In this document: piece after piece, positions 34,701 to 47,240 of the stretch | Layout: each line of letters begins with the position of its first letter | How positions within the stretch are numbered: position 1 is the first letter of the stretch | Assembly (NCBI GenBank): GCA_002269645.1 | Contig: NIVC01000558.1 | Span: forward strand, 248,001-312,000 | Length of the DNA: 64,000 nucleotides | Source of the DNA: Macrostomum lignano | Taxonomy: Eukaryota | Direction: 5' to 3' | Program-made: the position numbers and the translations under genes | The notes under the pieces: model-generated | Seen by the model: only the letters and a program-made list of their open reading frames with translations | Databases searched by the model: none | What the model was told of the DNA's origin: nothing

Positions 34701-36153
34701 ACTTCCCAGCAGCAATGTGAAATGCTGTTTTATCACATTCTCCCTTCAGCCGAAAGCAGTCAGTTCCGATCTGTCTCTTGATCCACTCCAGCGACTCGAT
34801 GCCCTGATACAGAGCGGCCAAATGGACGGCCGTGTCACCGTCTTTGTCAGGAACTGTGAGACAGTCGCTGCCGAGCTCCTTCACCAGCCACTTCAGATTT
34901 GAATTGTCAGACTTCTGAGCAGCAGAGTGAAATGCCGTTCTCTTCCAGAACCCTCCGTTTAGCCGAAAGCAGTCAGTTCCGATCTGTCTCTTGATCCACT
35001 CCAGCGACTCGATGCCCTGATGCTTAGCGGCCAAATGGATGGCCGTGTCACCGTCTTTGTCAGGAACTGTGAGACAGTCGCTGCCGAGCTCCTTCACCAG
35101 CCACTTCAGATTTGAATTGTCAGACTTCTTAGCAGCAATGTGAAATGCTGTTCTATCCCACCATCCCTTCAGCCGAAAGCAGTCAGTTCCGATCTGTCTC
35201 TTGATCCACTCCAGCGACTCGATGCCCTGATGCTCAGCGGCCAAATGGACGGCCGTGTCACCGAGTATGTCAGGAACTGTGAGACAGTCGCTGCCGAGCT
35301 CCTTCACCAGCCACTTCAGATTTGAATTGTCAGACTTCTCAGCAGCAAAGTGAAATGGTCTTCTATCACCATCTCCCTTCAGCCGAAAGCAGTCAGTTCC
35401 GATCTGTCTCTTGATCCACTCCAGCGACTCGATGCCCTGATGCTGAGCGGCCAAATGGACGGCCGTGTCACCGTCTTTGTCAGGAACTGTGAGACAGTCG
35501 CTGCCGAGCTCCTTCACCAGCCACTTCAGATTTGAATTGTCAGACTTCCCAGCAGCAATGTGAAATGCTGTTTTATCACATTTTCCCTTCAGCCGAAAGC
35601 AGTCAGTTCCGATCTGTCTCTTGATCCACTCCAGCGACTCGATGCCCTGATACAGAGCGGCCAAATGGACGGCCGTGTAACCGTCTTCGTCAGGAACTGT
35701 GAGACAGTCGCTGCCGAGCTCCTTCACCAGCCTCTTCAGACAAGAGTTGCTTTTTCTGTTCATAGCGGCAAAGTGAGCGACTGTCTGTTTCAATCTATCG
35801 ACAATTCTCAAGCAGCCTCTGCCTCCCTTCTCTTTAACCAGCTTCATCCAAGATTCGTCCTGATGCTGGGCAGCCAAGTGCACTGGAGTCTCGTCCCTAT
35901 CATTTCCAAGTGTCAGACAGTCGGGTCCGAATCTGTCAATCAGCAGCTCCAGGCACGACGAGCTCACCGGCTTGCAGGCCACGTGGTGGGCCAGCGGCAT
36001 TTTGCGAAGCTCTTCAAAGGGATAGTCTTGCTTGTCGAACCCGCCCACCTCCAGCTCGATGTTGCTGCCGACCTCACCGCACAGTCGCTGCAGCTGCTCG
36101 CTGTCTCCAGCCTCCAGCGCCGCTCTCAGCTTCCGCTCCATCTCCGTTGCCAT
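31787..36153 (-). CDS. Ankyrin-repeat / Ser-Thr protein kinase (STE/MAP3K-like), paralogue A, ~910 aa; exons 36153-34379, 33674-33588, 32884-32500, 32272-31787
   Basis: ATG in a gccATGg context with an in-frame stop upstream. GT-AG introns with matching phases (2, 2, 0); the total of 2733 nt equals 911 codons. Structure: N-cap, then 5 x 70-aa double-ankyrin units, then C-cap, a Pro/Arg linker exon and a kinase with [24 protein letters not shown] and DVWAFG intact. Confidence 0.9.
32315..34215. repeat. Intronic arrays of kinase gene A: 11-bp cccacactgat (32315-32455), 16-bp ttctgcgtcaccaccc (32955-33478), ~21-bp gggaggttggaggcgccatgg (33985-34215)
   Basis: Each intron carries its own array. 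Confidence 0.88.
34636..35688 (-). repeat. Coding 210-bp tandem repeat (two ankyrin repeats per unit), 5 units, paralogue A
   Basis: Unit consensus [70 protein letters not shown]; one unit is 71 aa. Confidence 0.95.
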
Positions 36154-36769
36154 GGCTACACGGCTTCTCCTAGCAGCGCTTCTCTGCCGATCTGCTGTCT
36201 GCCGCAGCTGTTCCACACGGCTTCAAACTGAGTGCTTTGCTCTTCTTCAAGCGAATTCGCCTGCCAGCTCAGCAGCAGCAGCAAAAGTCCCGCTGTCACG
36301 GACTGAAATCTCTGAGCTCTCCCTGTGCAGAGAAATTTGTTTAAATGGACTGAGGCCGATTCTCTTCTCTGACCCAGCGGCTGTGTTTGAGGCCTGATTG
36401 GGTGCCAGGGGGCCCGGCAGCTGCTCTGCTCAGCGGGGTGAGAGATGCAGGAGCAGTGAGATGCTGCGAGCTCTGCTGAGTTAAACAATGAGAGCTGACT
36501 GTGGCTGCGTGCTCGGCATAGCAAGTGCATTGCCAGTGGGCAGGGGTGAAGGGGCGGCAGCTGAGACACGAGGGGAGAGAGATGGAGAGGGGAGAGAGGG
36601 CAGGGCTGAGGCCTGGAAACCAAGCGGACCTCTCTGACGATTTTCAATTTAGTTTGCAATTGTATGGCAAATATTTTGCAGAAAAATGCTTATAACTGAG
36701 GATTTTCTGTTGCTGAAGTCGAAATAGATGGAGAATGGTCGTTTGGGTTTGCCAGCGACACTTTACATC

Positions 36770-37150
36770 AGTATCTAACAGATTACACCAGTATCTAACA
36801 GGTTCTCGTGACATCAGTATCTAACAGCTGACATCAGTATCTAAGAGGTGACATCGGTATCTAACAGGTGACATCAGTATCTAACAGGTGACATTGGTAT
36901 CTAACAGGTGACATCAGTATCTAGCAGGTGACATTAGTATCTAACAGGGGACACCAGTATCTAACAGGTACTCGTAACATCAGTATCTAACAGGTGACAT
37001 CAGTATCTAACAGGTGACATCAATATCTAACAGCTGACATTAGTATCTAACAGGTGACATCAGTATCTAACAGGTGACACCTGTATCTAACCGGTGACAT
37101 CAGTATCTAACGGGTGACATCAGTATCTAACAGGTGACATTAGTATCTGA
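36770..37150. repeat. 20-bp minisatellite (gacatcagtatctaacaggt)n
   Basis: Directly visible. Confidence 0.9.
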
Positions 37151-37425
37151 TCTGGCTTTGAAAAAATTACCTGATCAAAGAAATGATCCATTAAAATTGC
37201 TATTTTTTAATTGCTTGGTTTAGAGGACTGCTGACTTTAACCATACATCCAGGGTGTCCTAGTAGCTTGACTACGGGCTACTGTGGTATATTTCATATTT
37301 CATAAATATTTCATGTAACATAATATCCGCTAACATCCGCATAGAGGAGCTATCATTTGTAGATGGGCTAATTGGGGAATTAAAGCAAGCTTACGTGCAA
37401 ATAGTTAATGTTTTTAGCATAGATA

Positions 37426-37811
37426 TCAACGCTTGACTTCAAACTTGACGTCTTTGCACTCGTTGATTGTTTCGCAAGAATCTGAAATAGAAAAAAATAT
37501 CAGTAAAGATATATGGATGCTGAAATATTTTATATTTTCTATTTGGTAAAGAAGGAACAGCTTCTTACCAGCAGTGCAGCAGATGCCTCTGGAAGCGCAG
37601 CGACCCTTGCCTCCCAGACAGGCGGTGGCGATGCGACCGCAGCCCAGGACTTTCGCTGGCAGACGGCGACACGCGGCGGTGTCCGGGCCGAAGCCGACGC
37701 GACATCCGCCGTGGGGGTGACAGCAGATGGCGCGGCCGAAACAGCGGCCCCAGCCGTGGGAGCAGCTCAGGCAGGAACCGTTGATGGTATTGGTTGCCGG
37801 TACATGACTGC
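37426..37811 (-). CDS. Neurophysin domain of a vasopressin/oxytocin-type precursor; exons 37811-37569 and 37481-37426 (first coding exon not confidently located)
   Basis: Spliced translation: SHVPATNTINGSCLSCSHGWGRCFGRAICCHPHGGCRVGFGPDTAACRRLPAKVLGCGRIATACLGGKGRCASRGICCTA|DSCETINECKDVKFEVKR*. It has 14 Cys in neurophysin spacing, with GRCFG-x-x-ICC and GRCA-x-x-GICC. Strong donor gtaag (37568) and acceptor tttttttctatttcag (37482-37483). The phase-1 intron falls after the second CC, as in vertebrate AVP/OXT genes. Confidence 0.88.
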
Positions 37812-38024
37812 CTGCGGGTTTGAAGTTATGGTAGACTTTAAAATACCTGTGTTTGGATTCGGCGTGCCGTTACATTAATTTGAGGTTCAAGGCCCAGGGC
37901 TGGCTGGCCATCTCAAAATGCCCACAGTGTGCATACTGTTGTAGCACAGTGGTACAGCGTCGGACTATCGAAAAAAGCCACAGAACTCTTAACGGTTCCT
38001 GGATATTGAAAAGCTCGGTGCAGC

Positions 38025-38640
38025 CAGCTGTGCTACTGCAAGTACTGAATATGGCTCGCTTGACTGCAATCTGCATGAATTTGTGTCTGACTTTGCTGCC
38101 TTCACTTCACCCAGCTGTGCTACTGCAAGTACTGAATATGGCTCGCTTGACTGCAATCTGCATGAATTTGTGTCTGACTTTGCTGCCTTCACTTCACCCT
38201 GCTGTGCTACTGCAAGTACTGAATATGGCTCGCTTGACTGCAATCTGCATGAATTTGTGTCTGACTTTGCTGCCTTCACTTCACCCTGCTGTGCTACTGC
38301 AAGTACTGAATATGGCTCGCTTGACTGCAATCTGCATGAATTTGTGTCTGACTTTGCTGCCTTCACTTCACCCTGCTGTGCTACTGCAAGTACTGAATAT
38401 GGCTCGCTTGACTGCAATCTGCATGAATTTGTGTCTGACTTTGCTGCCTTCACTTTACCCAGCTGTGCTATTGCAAGTACTGAATATGGCTCGCTTGACT
38501 GCAATCTGCATGAATTTGTGTCTGACTTTGCTGCCTTCACTTCACCCTGCTGTGCTACTGCAAGTACTGAATATGGCTCGCTTGACTGCAATCTGCATGA
38601 ATTTGTGTCTGACTTTGCTGCCTTCACTTCACCCTGCTGT
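38025..38640. repeat. 87-bp tandem repeat, ~7 copies, upstream (probably intronic) of the neurophysin exon
   Basis: 29-aa periodicity in the overlapping ORFs; no dibasic sites, so probably non-coding. Confidence 0.9.
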
Positions 38641-39169
38641 GGCACCTCATCAATGGCGCTTTGTGCTCAAATGCAGTTTAGTTATATATTAGTTATTATA
38701 ATAATTTTGCATTTTGTACTCACGGTTTATTTTGCTAATCTTTATACACAGTTCAGGTGTGCATTTTGTAATCCAGCTTTGATAATCTTTGGATTTATTT
38801 ATCCGGTGCAACAGACTGACCCTGCTTCTACTCGCCCCGACCCTAGCCATCCAAGCAGCTCCAGACCAGCCGAGCTCAATGCCCAGAGGACAATGGCGAA
38901 GCTGAGGTTTAAGGGCCGAGCCGGCAGCCTGCGAACGCGTGTCAAAAGAAGGCTCGCTGCAAATGCTTTTTTAGGAGGGGGGAGGGGGTTGATGGCTGCC
39001 TAAAAGCGGCACAGAGACAAAATGCGTGAGCGCTAACCCTGACCCGCTCAGACAATTCACTGCTTTGCATTGCGCCTGTGCGCTCTCGGCTAAAATTTAC
39101 TACCTTTGATATTCGGCACTTCGGGTTTTCAGATGCGAGCCTCGCACTCATATTGGGCGTCTAGAATTA

Positions 39170-41915
39170 GGGTGAGGGGCAGGGAGGGAGACAGGCTGGG
39201 ATGTAGGGTGAGGAGCAGGGAGAGAGACAGGCTGGGATGTAGGGTGAGGGGCAGGGAGAGAAACAGGCTGGGATGTAGGGTGAGGAGCAGGGAGAGAGAC
39301 AGGCTGGGATGTAGGGTGAGGGGCAGGGAGAGAGACAGGCTGGGATGTAGGGTAAGGAGCAGGGAGAGAGACAGGCTGGGATGTAGGGTGAGGGGCAGGG
39401 AGAGAGACAGGCTGTGATGTAGGGTGAGGGGCAGGGAGAGAGACAGGCTGGGATGTAGGGTGAGGGGCAGGGAGAGAGACAGGCTGTGATGTAGGGTGAG
39501 GGGCAGTATGAGCGACAGGCTGGGATGTAGGGTGAGGGGCAGGGAGAGAGACAGGCTGGGATGTAGGGTGAGGGGCAGGGAGAGAGACAGGCTGGGATGT
39601 AGGGTGAGGGGCAGGGAGAGACAGGCTGGGATGTAGGGTGAGGGGCAGGGAGAGAGACAGGCTGTGATGTAGGGTGAGGGGCAGTATGAGCGACAGGCTG
39701 GGATGTAGGGTGAGGGGCAGAGAGGGAGACAGGCTGGGACGTAGGGTGAGGCGCGGGGAGATACAGGCTGGGATGTAGGGTGAGGGGCGGCGAGATACAG
39801 GCTGGGATCTAGGGTGAGGGGCAGGGAGAGAGACAGGCTAGGATGTAGGGTGAGGGGCAGGGAGAGAGACAGGCTGGGATGTAGGGTGAGGGGCAGGGAG
39901 AGACAGGCTGGGATGTAGGGTGAGGGGCAGGGAGAGAGACAGGCTGTGATGTAGGGTGAGGGGCAGTATGAGCGACAGGCTGGGATGTAGGGTGAGGGGC
40001 AGGGAGGGAGACAGGCTGGGATGTAGGGTGAGGCGCGGGGAGAGAAAGGCTGGGATGTAGGGTGAGGGGCGGGGAGATACAGGCTGGGATGTAGGGTGAG
40101 GGGCAGGGAGAGAGACCGGCTGGGATGTAGGGTGAGGGGCAGGGAGAGAGACAGGCTGGGATGCAGGGTGAGGGACAAGAAGAGATAGGCTGCGATGTAG
40201 GGTGAGGGGCAGGGAGGGAGACAGGCTGGGATGTAGGGTGAGGGGCAGGGAGAGAGACAGGCTGGGATGTAGGGTGAGGGGCAGGGAGAGAGACAGGCTG
40301 GGATGTAGGGTGAGGGGCAGGGAGGGAGAAAGGCTGGGATGTAAGGTGAGGGGCAGGGAGAGAGACAGGCTGGGATGTAGGGTGAGGGGCAGGGAGAGAG
40401 ACAGGCTAGGATGTAGGGTGAGGGGCAGGGAGAGAGACAGGCTGGGATGTAGGGTGAGGGGCGGGGAGATACAGGCTGGGATGTAGGGTGAGGGGCAGGG
40501 AGAGAGACAGGCTGTGATGTAGGGTGAGGGGCAGTATGAGCGACAGGCTGGGATGTAGGGTGAGGGGCAGGGAGGGAGACAGGCTGGGATGTAGGGTGAG
40601 GCGCGGGGAGATACAGGCTGGGATGTAGGGTGAGGGGCGGGGAGATACAGGCTGGGATGTAGGGTGAGGGGCAGGAAGAGAGACCGGCTGGGATGTAGGG
40701 TGAGGGGCAGGGAGAGAGACAGGCTGGGATGCAGGGTGAGGGACAAGAAGAGATAGGCTGGGATGCAGGGTGAGGGACAAGAAGAGATAGGCTGGGATGT
40801 AGGGTGAGGGGCAGGGAGGGAGACAGGCTGGGATGTAGGGTGAGGGGCAGGGAGAGAGACAGGCTGGGATGTAGGGTGAGGGGCAGGGAGAGAGACAGGC
40901 TGGGATGTAGGGTGAAGGGCAGGGAGAGAGACCGGCTGGGATGTAGGGTGAGGGGCAGGGAGAGAGACAGGCTGGGATGCAGGGTGAGGGACAAGAAGAG
41001 ATAGGCTGGGATGCAGGGTGAGGGACAAGAAGAGATAGGCTGGGATGTAGGGTGAGGGGCAGGGAGGGAGACAGGCTGGGATGTAGGGTGAGGGGCAGGG
41101 AGAGAGACAGGCTGGGATGTAGGGTGAGGGGCAGGGAGAGAGACAGGCTGGGATGTAGGGTGAGGGGCAGGGAGAGAGAAAGGCTGTGATGTAGGGTGAG
41201 GGGCAGTATGAGCGACAGGCTGGGATGTAGGGTGAGGGGCAGGGAGAGACAGGCTGGGATGTAGGGTGAGGCGCGGGGAGATACAGGCTGGGATGTAGGG
41301 TGAGGGGCGGGGAGATACAGGCTGGGATGTAGGGTGAGGGGCAGGGAGAGAGACAGGCTGGGATGTAGGGTGAGGGGCAGGGAGGGAGAAAGGCTGGGAT
41401 GTAGGGTGAGGGGCAGGGAGAGAGACAGGCTGGGATGTAGGGTGAGGGGCAGGGAGAGAGACAGGCTGGGATGTAGGGTGAGGGACAAGAAGAGATAGGC
41501 TGGGATGTAGGGTGAGAGGCAGGGAGGGAGACAGGCTGGGATGTAGGGTGAGAGGCAGGGAGAGAGACAGGCTGGGATGCAGGGTGAGGGACAAGAAGAG
41601 ATAGGCTGGGATGCAGGGTGAAGGACAAGAAGAGATAGGCTCGGATGTAGGGTGAGGGGCAGGGAGGGAGAAAGGCTGGGATGTAGGGTGAGGGGCAGGG
41701 AGAGAGACAGGCTGGGATGTAGGGTGAGGGGCAGGGAGAGAGACAGGCTGGGATGTAGGGTGAGGGGCAGGGAGAGAGACAGGCTGGGATGTAGGGTGAG
41801 GGACAAGAAGAGATAGGCTGGGATGTAGGGTGAGAGGCAGGGAGGGAGACAGGCTGGGATTTAGGGTGAGGGGCAGGGAGAGAGACAGGCTGGGATTTAG
41901 GGTGAGAGGCAGGGC
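39170..41915. repeat. 36-bp G-rich minisatellite (ggctgggatgtagggtgaggggcagggagagagaca)n, ~76 copies
   Basis: Directly visible; the long minus-strand ORFs (934, 596 and 466 aa) are artefacts of it. The same unit occurs at 50588-51303. Confidence 0.95.
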
Positions 41916-42306
41916 TGGCAAAATACCTTCCAAAATACCTCCGAAATCGCGAATAAAACAGCTGCCATCAATCCAATCACTTCATGACTTCATAACTTGC
42001 ATCATTTCTTGGCCCTCGTGGGTATATAGTCGTTCAGTTCAAAAATAGTTTTAAATCTCCGCAAACAATATCGCTTACAATACGCTACTCATAGTACTCA
42101 TAAGAATATCATTTGCCGTTAAAGAGAAGAACGGCTGCATGGAATTTTTCCAGAAATTCGTTTGCACCTGAAGATTCGCTATGCTGGAGTTTTTTACTCA
42201 AAAGGAATGACAAAACTCTTACACTGCCGTGAGTCGTGCCTCGGCTCTCGGGGGTGGGCGCTCAGTTTTGGAATTTTCCAGCGTCTCCGATGCACCTCAC
42301 TCTGCA

Positions 42307-42468
<162 letters not shown>

Positions 42469-43216
42469 CAGCTTGTGTTGTGTTGCGCACCTGTAAGAAT
42501 TCAATTTTATTGCACATTCGAGTCCGCCTCTCCATCGGTTTCATTGTCCCGCATTTGGCTTGTAAAAAACTGGCTTCTCAAGCAGCTGATTGCATTTTAT
42601 AACAAATGCTCGCTCAGCTCGAGTTTTGTTTAGCTGCGAGCTTGAGCAGTCCTGCTCACAGGGCTCTCTTCGCCAGCTACATGAGCACGCATATCAACTG
42701 ACAGAATTCAGCAATCCACCCTCGCTTTGGCCCACTGATGTTCCACACTTCTTTATATTTTTGCCTCCAAGAAGTCCAAAAGCAACAGCCAATCAGATTT
42801 TGCTTTCGATGCGCAGATTTTTAGTGGCGATAAAAGTGAAAATTGAATACTGATTTCTTATTTCGAAAACGTTGGACTAACCTTAGAAAATGAGAAACAG
42901 TCCATCACAGGCGCGTGTGGTTGGTGCTGACTCACACAGCCATCCTTCAGGTAGCTGACTGCTCACACAGCCAGTGCAATTACATGTACATTATTTATCC
43001 GGTGCAACACACTGACTCAGCAGTTCAGCATTAATAATCTAGTTTTTCACCTGCATTGCTCAAATAAAAGTATTGCTGTTTCAATGTTTCTGTCAGATCA
43101 CCAATGGATGACAATGCAGAGCAGCACATGTAAAGTATGTGCATTTGAGCATAAAGTTCTCGGCTGGTGTTTGTCTTTGCTATTTTGTTCGTGGTTTGGA
43201 ATCTCAGATTCGTGCT

Positions 43217-45830
43217 CATGTGCCATGACTAATATCTCATGCACACAGCCATTTCTCATGTGCAATGACCCATATCTCATGCACACAGCCATTGCTCATG
43301 TGCAATGACCCATATCTCATGCACACAGCCATTGCTCATGTGCCATGACCCATATCTCATGCACACAGCCATTGCTCATGTGCAATGACCCATATCTCAT
43401 GCACACAGCCATTGCTCATGTGCCATGACCCATATCTCATGCACACAGCCATTGCTCATGTGCCATGACCCATATCTCATGCACACAGCCATTGCTCATG
43501 TGCCATGACACATATCTCATGCACACAGCCATTGCTCATGTGCCATGACCCATATCTCATGCACACAGCCATTGCTCATGTGCCATAACTAATATCTCAT
43601 GCACACAGCCATTGCTCATGTGCTATGACTAATATCTCATGCACACAGCCATTGCTCATGTGCAATGACCCATATCTCATGCACACAGCCATTGCTCATG
43701 TGCAATGACCCATATCTCATGCATACAGCCATTGCTCATGTGCTATGACCCATATCTCATGCACACAGCCATTGCTCATGTGCAATGACCCATATCTCAT
43801 GCACACAGCCATTGCTCATGTGCCATGACCCATATCTCATGCACACAGCCATTGCTCATGTGCAATGACCCATATCTCATGCACACAGCCATTGCTCATG
43901 TGCAATGACACATATCTCATGCACACAGCCATTGCTCATGTGCAATGACCCATATCTCATGCACACAGCCATTGCTCATGTGCCATGACTAATATCTCAT
44001 GCACACAGCCATTGCTCATGTGCTATGACCCATATCTCATGCACACAGCCATTGCTCATGTGCAATGACCCATATCTCATGCACACAGCCATTGCTCATG
44101 TGCAATGACTAATATCTCATGCACACAGCCATTGCTCATGTGCTATGACCCATATCTCATGCACACAGCCATTGCTCATGTGCTATGACCCATATCTCAT
44201 GCACACAGCCATTGCTCATGTGCAATGACCCATATCTCATGCACACAGCCATTGCTCATGTGCCATGACCCATATCTCATGCACACAGCCATTGCTCATG
44301 TGCAATGACCCATATCTCATGCACACAGCCATTGCTCATGTGCCATGACCCATATCTCATGCACACAGCCATTGCTCATGTGCAATGATCCACATCTCAT
44401 GCACACAGCCATTGCTCATGTGCCATGACCCATATCTCATGCACACAGCCATTGCTCATGTGCAATGATCCACATCTCATGCACACAGCCATTGCTCATG
44501 TGCCATGACCCATATCTCATGCACACAGCCATTGCTCATGTGCTATGACCCATATCTCATGCACACAGCCATTGCTCATGTGCAATGACCCATATCTCAT
44601 GCACACAGCCATTGCTCATGTGCCATGACCCATATCTCATGCACACAGCCATTGCTCATGTGCAATGACCCATATCTCATGCACACAGCCATTGCTCATG
44701 TGCCATGACCCATATCTCATGCACACAGCCATTGCTCATGTGCCATGACCCATATCTCATGCACACAGCCATTGCTCATGTGCTATGACCCATATCTCAT
44801 GCACACAGCCATTGCTCATGTGCCATGACCCATATCTCATGCACACAGCCATTGCTCATGTGCTATGACCCATATCTCATGCACACAGCCATTGCTCATG
44901 TGCCATGACCCATATCTCATGCACACAGCCATTGCTCATGTGCCATAACTAATATCTCATGCACACAGCCATTGCTCATGTGCCATGACCCATATCTCAT
45001 GCACACAGCCATTGCTCATGTGCCATGACCCATATCTCATGCACACAGCCATTGCTCATGTGCTATGACCCATATCTCATGCACACAGCCATTGCTCATG
45101 TGCCATGACCCATATCTCATGCACACAGCCATTGCTCATGTGCCATGACCCATATCTCATGCACACAGCCATTGCTCATGTGCTATGACCCATATCTCAT
45201 GCACACAGCCATTGCTCATGTGCCATGACCCATATCTCATGCACACAGTCATTGCTCATGTGCCATGACCCATATCTCATGCACACAGCCATTGCTCATG
45301 TGCAATGATCCACATCTCATGCACACAGCCATTGCTCATGTGCCATAACTAATATCTCATGCACACAGCCATTGCTCATGTGCCATGACCCATATCTCAT
45401 GCACACAGCCATTGCTCATGTGCCATAACTAATATCTCATGCACACAGCCATTGCTCATGTGCAATGATCCACATCTCATGCACACAGCCATTGCTCATG
45501 TGCCATAACTAATATCTCATGCACACAGCCATTGCTCATGTGCCATAACTAATATCTCATGCACACAGCCATTGCTCATGTGCCATAACTAATATCTCAT
45601 GCACACAGCCATTGCTCATGTGCCATGACCCATATCTCATGCACACAGCCATTGCTCATGTGCCATGACCCATATCTCATGCACACAGCCATTGCTCATG
45701 TGCCATGACACATATCTCATGCACACAGCCATTGCTCATGTGCCATGACCCATATCTGATGCACACAGCCATTGCTCATGTGCCATGACCCATATCTCAT
45801 GCACACAGCCATTGCTCATGTGCCATGACC
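43217..45830. repeat. 40-bp minisatellite (catatctcatgcacacagccattgctcatgtgccatgacc)n, ~65 copies
   Basis: The 120-nt phase is visible across lines. Confidence 0.97.
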
Positions 45831-45864
45831 ATCTGATTGTCTCTATTGTGTTTCTCCGACCATC

Positions 45865-46132
45865 TCCCTTTTACACACCCCTCCCACCCATCCCCCTCTC
45901 ACCTATCCCCCTCTCACCCATCCCCCTCTCACCCATCCCCCTCTCACCCATCCCCCTCTCATCCTCCCCCTCTCGCCAGCTTCTCTATTCTCCATCAGAT
46001 CCCAGCTCAGTTTCTCTATTCTCCATCAGATCCCAGCTCAGCTTCTCTATTCTCCATCAGATCCCAGCTCAGCTTCTCTATTCTCCATCAGATCCCAGCT
46101 CAGCTTCTCCATTCTCCATCAGATCCCAGCTC
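45865..46132. repeat. 15-bp (cccatccccctctca) and 31-bp (cagcttctctattctccatcagatcccagct) short arrays
   Basis: Directly visible. Confidence 0.85.
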
Positions 46133-47240
46133 AGACTCAAAAAACGCTTGTTTTCTCCTGTTTCGAGAAAGCTAAAAAAGCTAAAAGTGCAGCTGGCCGC
46201 CAGCTCAGCCAGCGGGGGGGGGCAGGCAGGGTGCTCAAGCACAATGCAGACTCTCCATTGTGCGAGGCTGGGGCTGCAACTCATTCGGGAGCAGCCGCCA
46301 CTGCAGCCTCAGACAGCTCAGGTTTGCGCTGCTCATCTCAGCAGCCTCATCGCTAATTGAATCTCCAACCTTCATCGTTAGCGGCCCCACCCAGCTCAGC
46401 ACTCGCAGTGCGACAGTCTGGCGTGATAAAAGCAGCCGGCAAAGAGAAAACTGCTCGAGTTCGCAATCACCCCATACTGGCCTCCCGAACCACCCAACCC
46501 CCCCGCAACCCCTGCCTGAGACAATAAGCAAGTCCAGCTACAATGCAACTCCACCCAGCTCACTGCTCAAAACAGAGACCGAGCGCTGCACTGCTGGTTG
46601 CCCCCCAGAGTCTGCCAAACTGCAGGGAGGCTGGCAGAGCGGTGCGTGGCCTGAGAATAGCGAGCGAGCAGAGATAATTGCTGCTTGAGGTTGAGCTGGC
46701 CTCTCTAACCACCCGCTCTCTACGGCTCAAGACTGCGTTTTGTCATAAATAAGGCATTGTTGCCATGCTCGAATCTCAGAATTTGATGGCTCTCAGGCCA
46801 TTCAGTGCGGCTCAAAGCCTGTCTGTTGCTGCTGGCTGCAGGTGGCAGGAGTGCAAAATGCAGTGAGTTGCTGCGGCCGAGAGCTGGACAGAATTGAGAT
46901 GGGCTGCCAGAGCTCAGCTGCACTTTAATAATAAACAACTGATGAAGCCCGAGACTGCAATTGAGGGGCTGAGCAGCTGCCTCTTGCGAAAAGTTATACA
47001 TGTACTGTGGTTCGATTCTGTGCGATTGGCCTGAGGTGATTCCCAGCCCAGCCATGAAGGCCAACTTCTTAGGCACTCTGGTACAATGGGTTGGTTTTTA
47101 ATGGAGCTGAACCAATATCAACTAAAATCACTGTACTAATCAGCATACCTGTACACTATGCAGACAATGCGATAGAATTTCAAGGATTGCTTTTTGGACT
47201 TCTGCTGGGTCACAGATTCATGGGAAATCAGTAGTTTCCA
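46130..47240. mobile_element. Partial second copy of the 6541-8281 TIR element (internal region plus right TIR)
   Basis: Colinear similarity to ~7150-8240 (for example gggctgcaactcattcgggagcagccgccactgcagcctcagacagctcagg). Confidence 0.75.

Larger units (their letters stand above)
28081..36317. repeat. Segmental duplication copy A (paralogous to 51992 to >=64000)
   Basis: Same order of unique spacers, minisatellites (29, 30, 20, 25, 21, 11, 16 bp) and ANK-kinase exons as copy B. The homology begins inside the 29-bp array. Confidence 0.95.

Noticed and set aside
37846-37880. 35-nt mini-intron model placing CNGTPNPNT directly upstream of neurophysin
   Set aside because: An in-frame TAA immediately precedes the Cys.
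37989-38645. 87-bp repeat as a multi-copy neuropeptide precursor exon
   Set aside because: The single open minus frame lacks dibasic cleavage sites and amidation signals.
39129-41933. 934/596/466-aa Pro/Ser/Leu-rich ORFs
   Set aside because: They are translations of the 36-bp minisatellite; several frames are open because the unit lacks stops on that strand.
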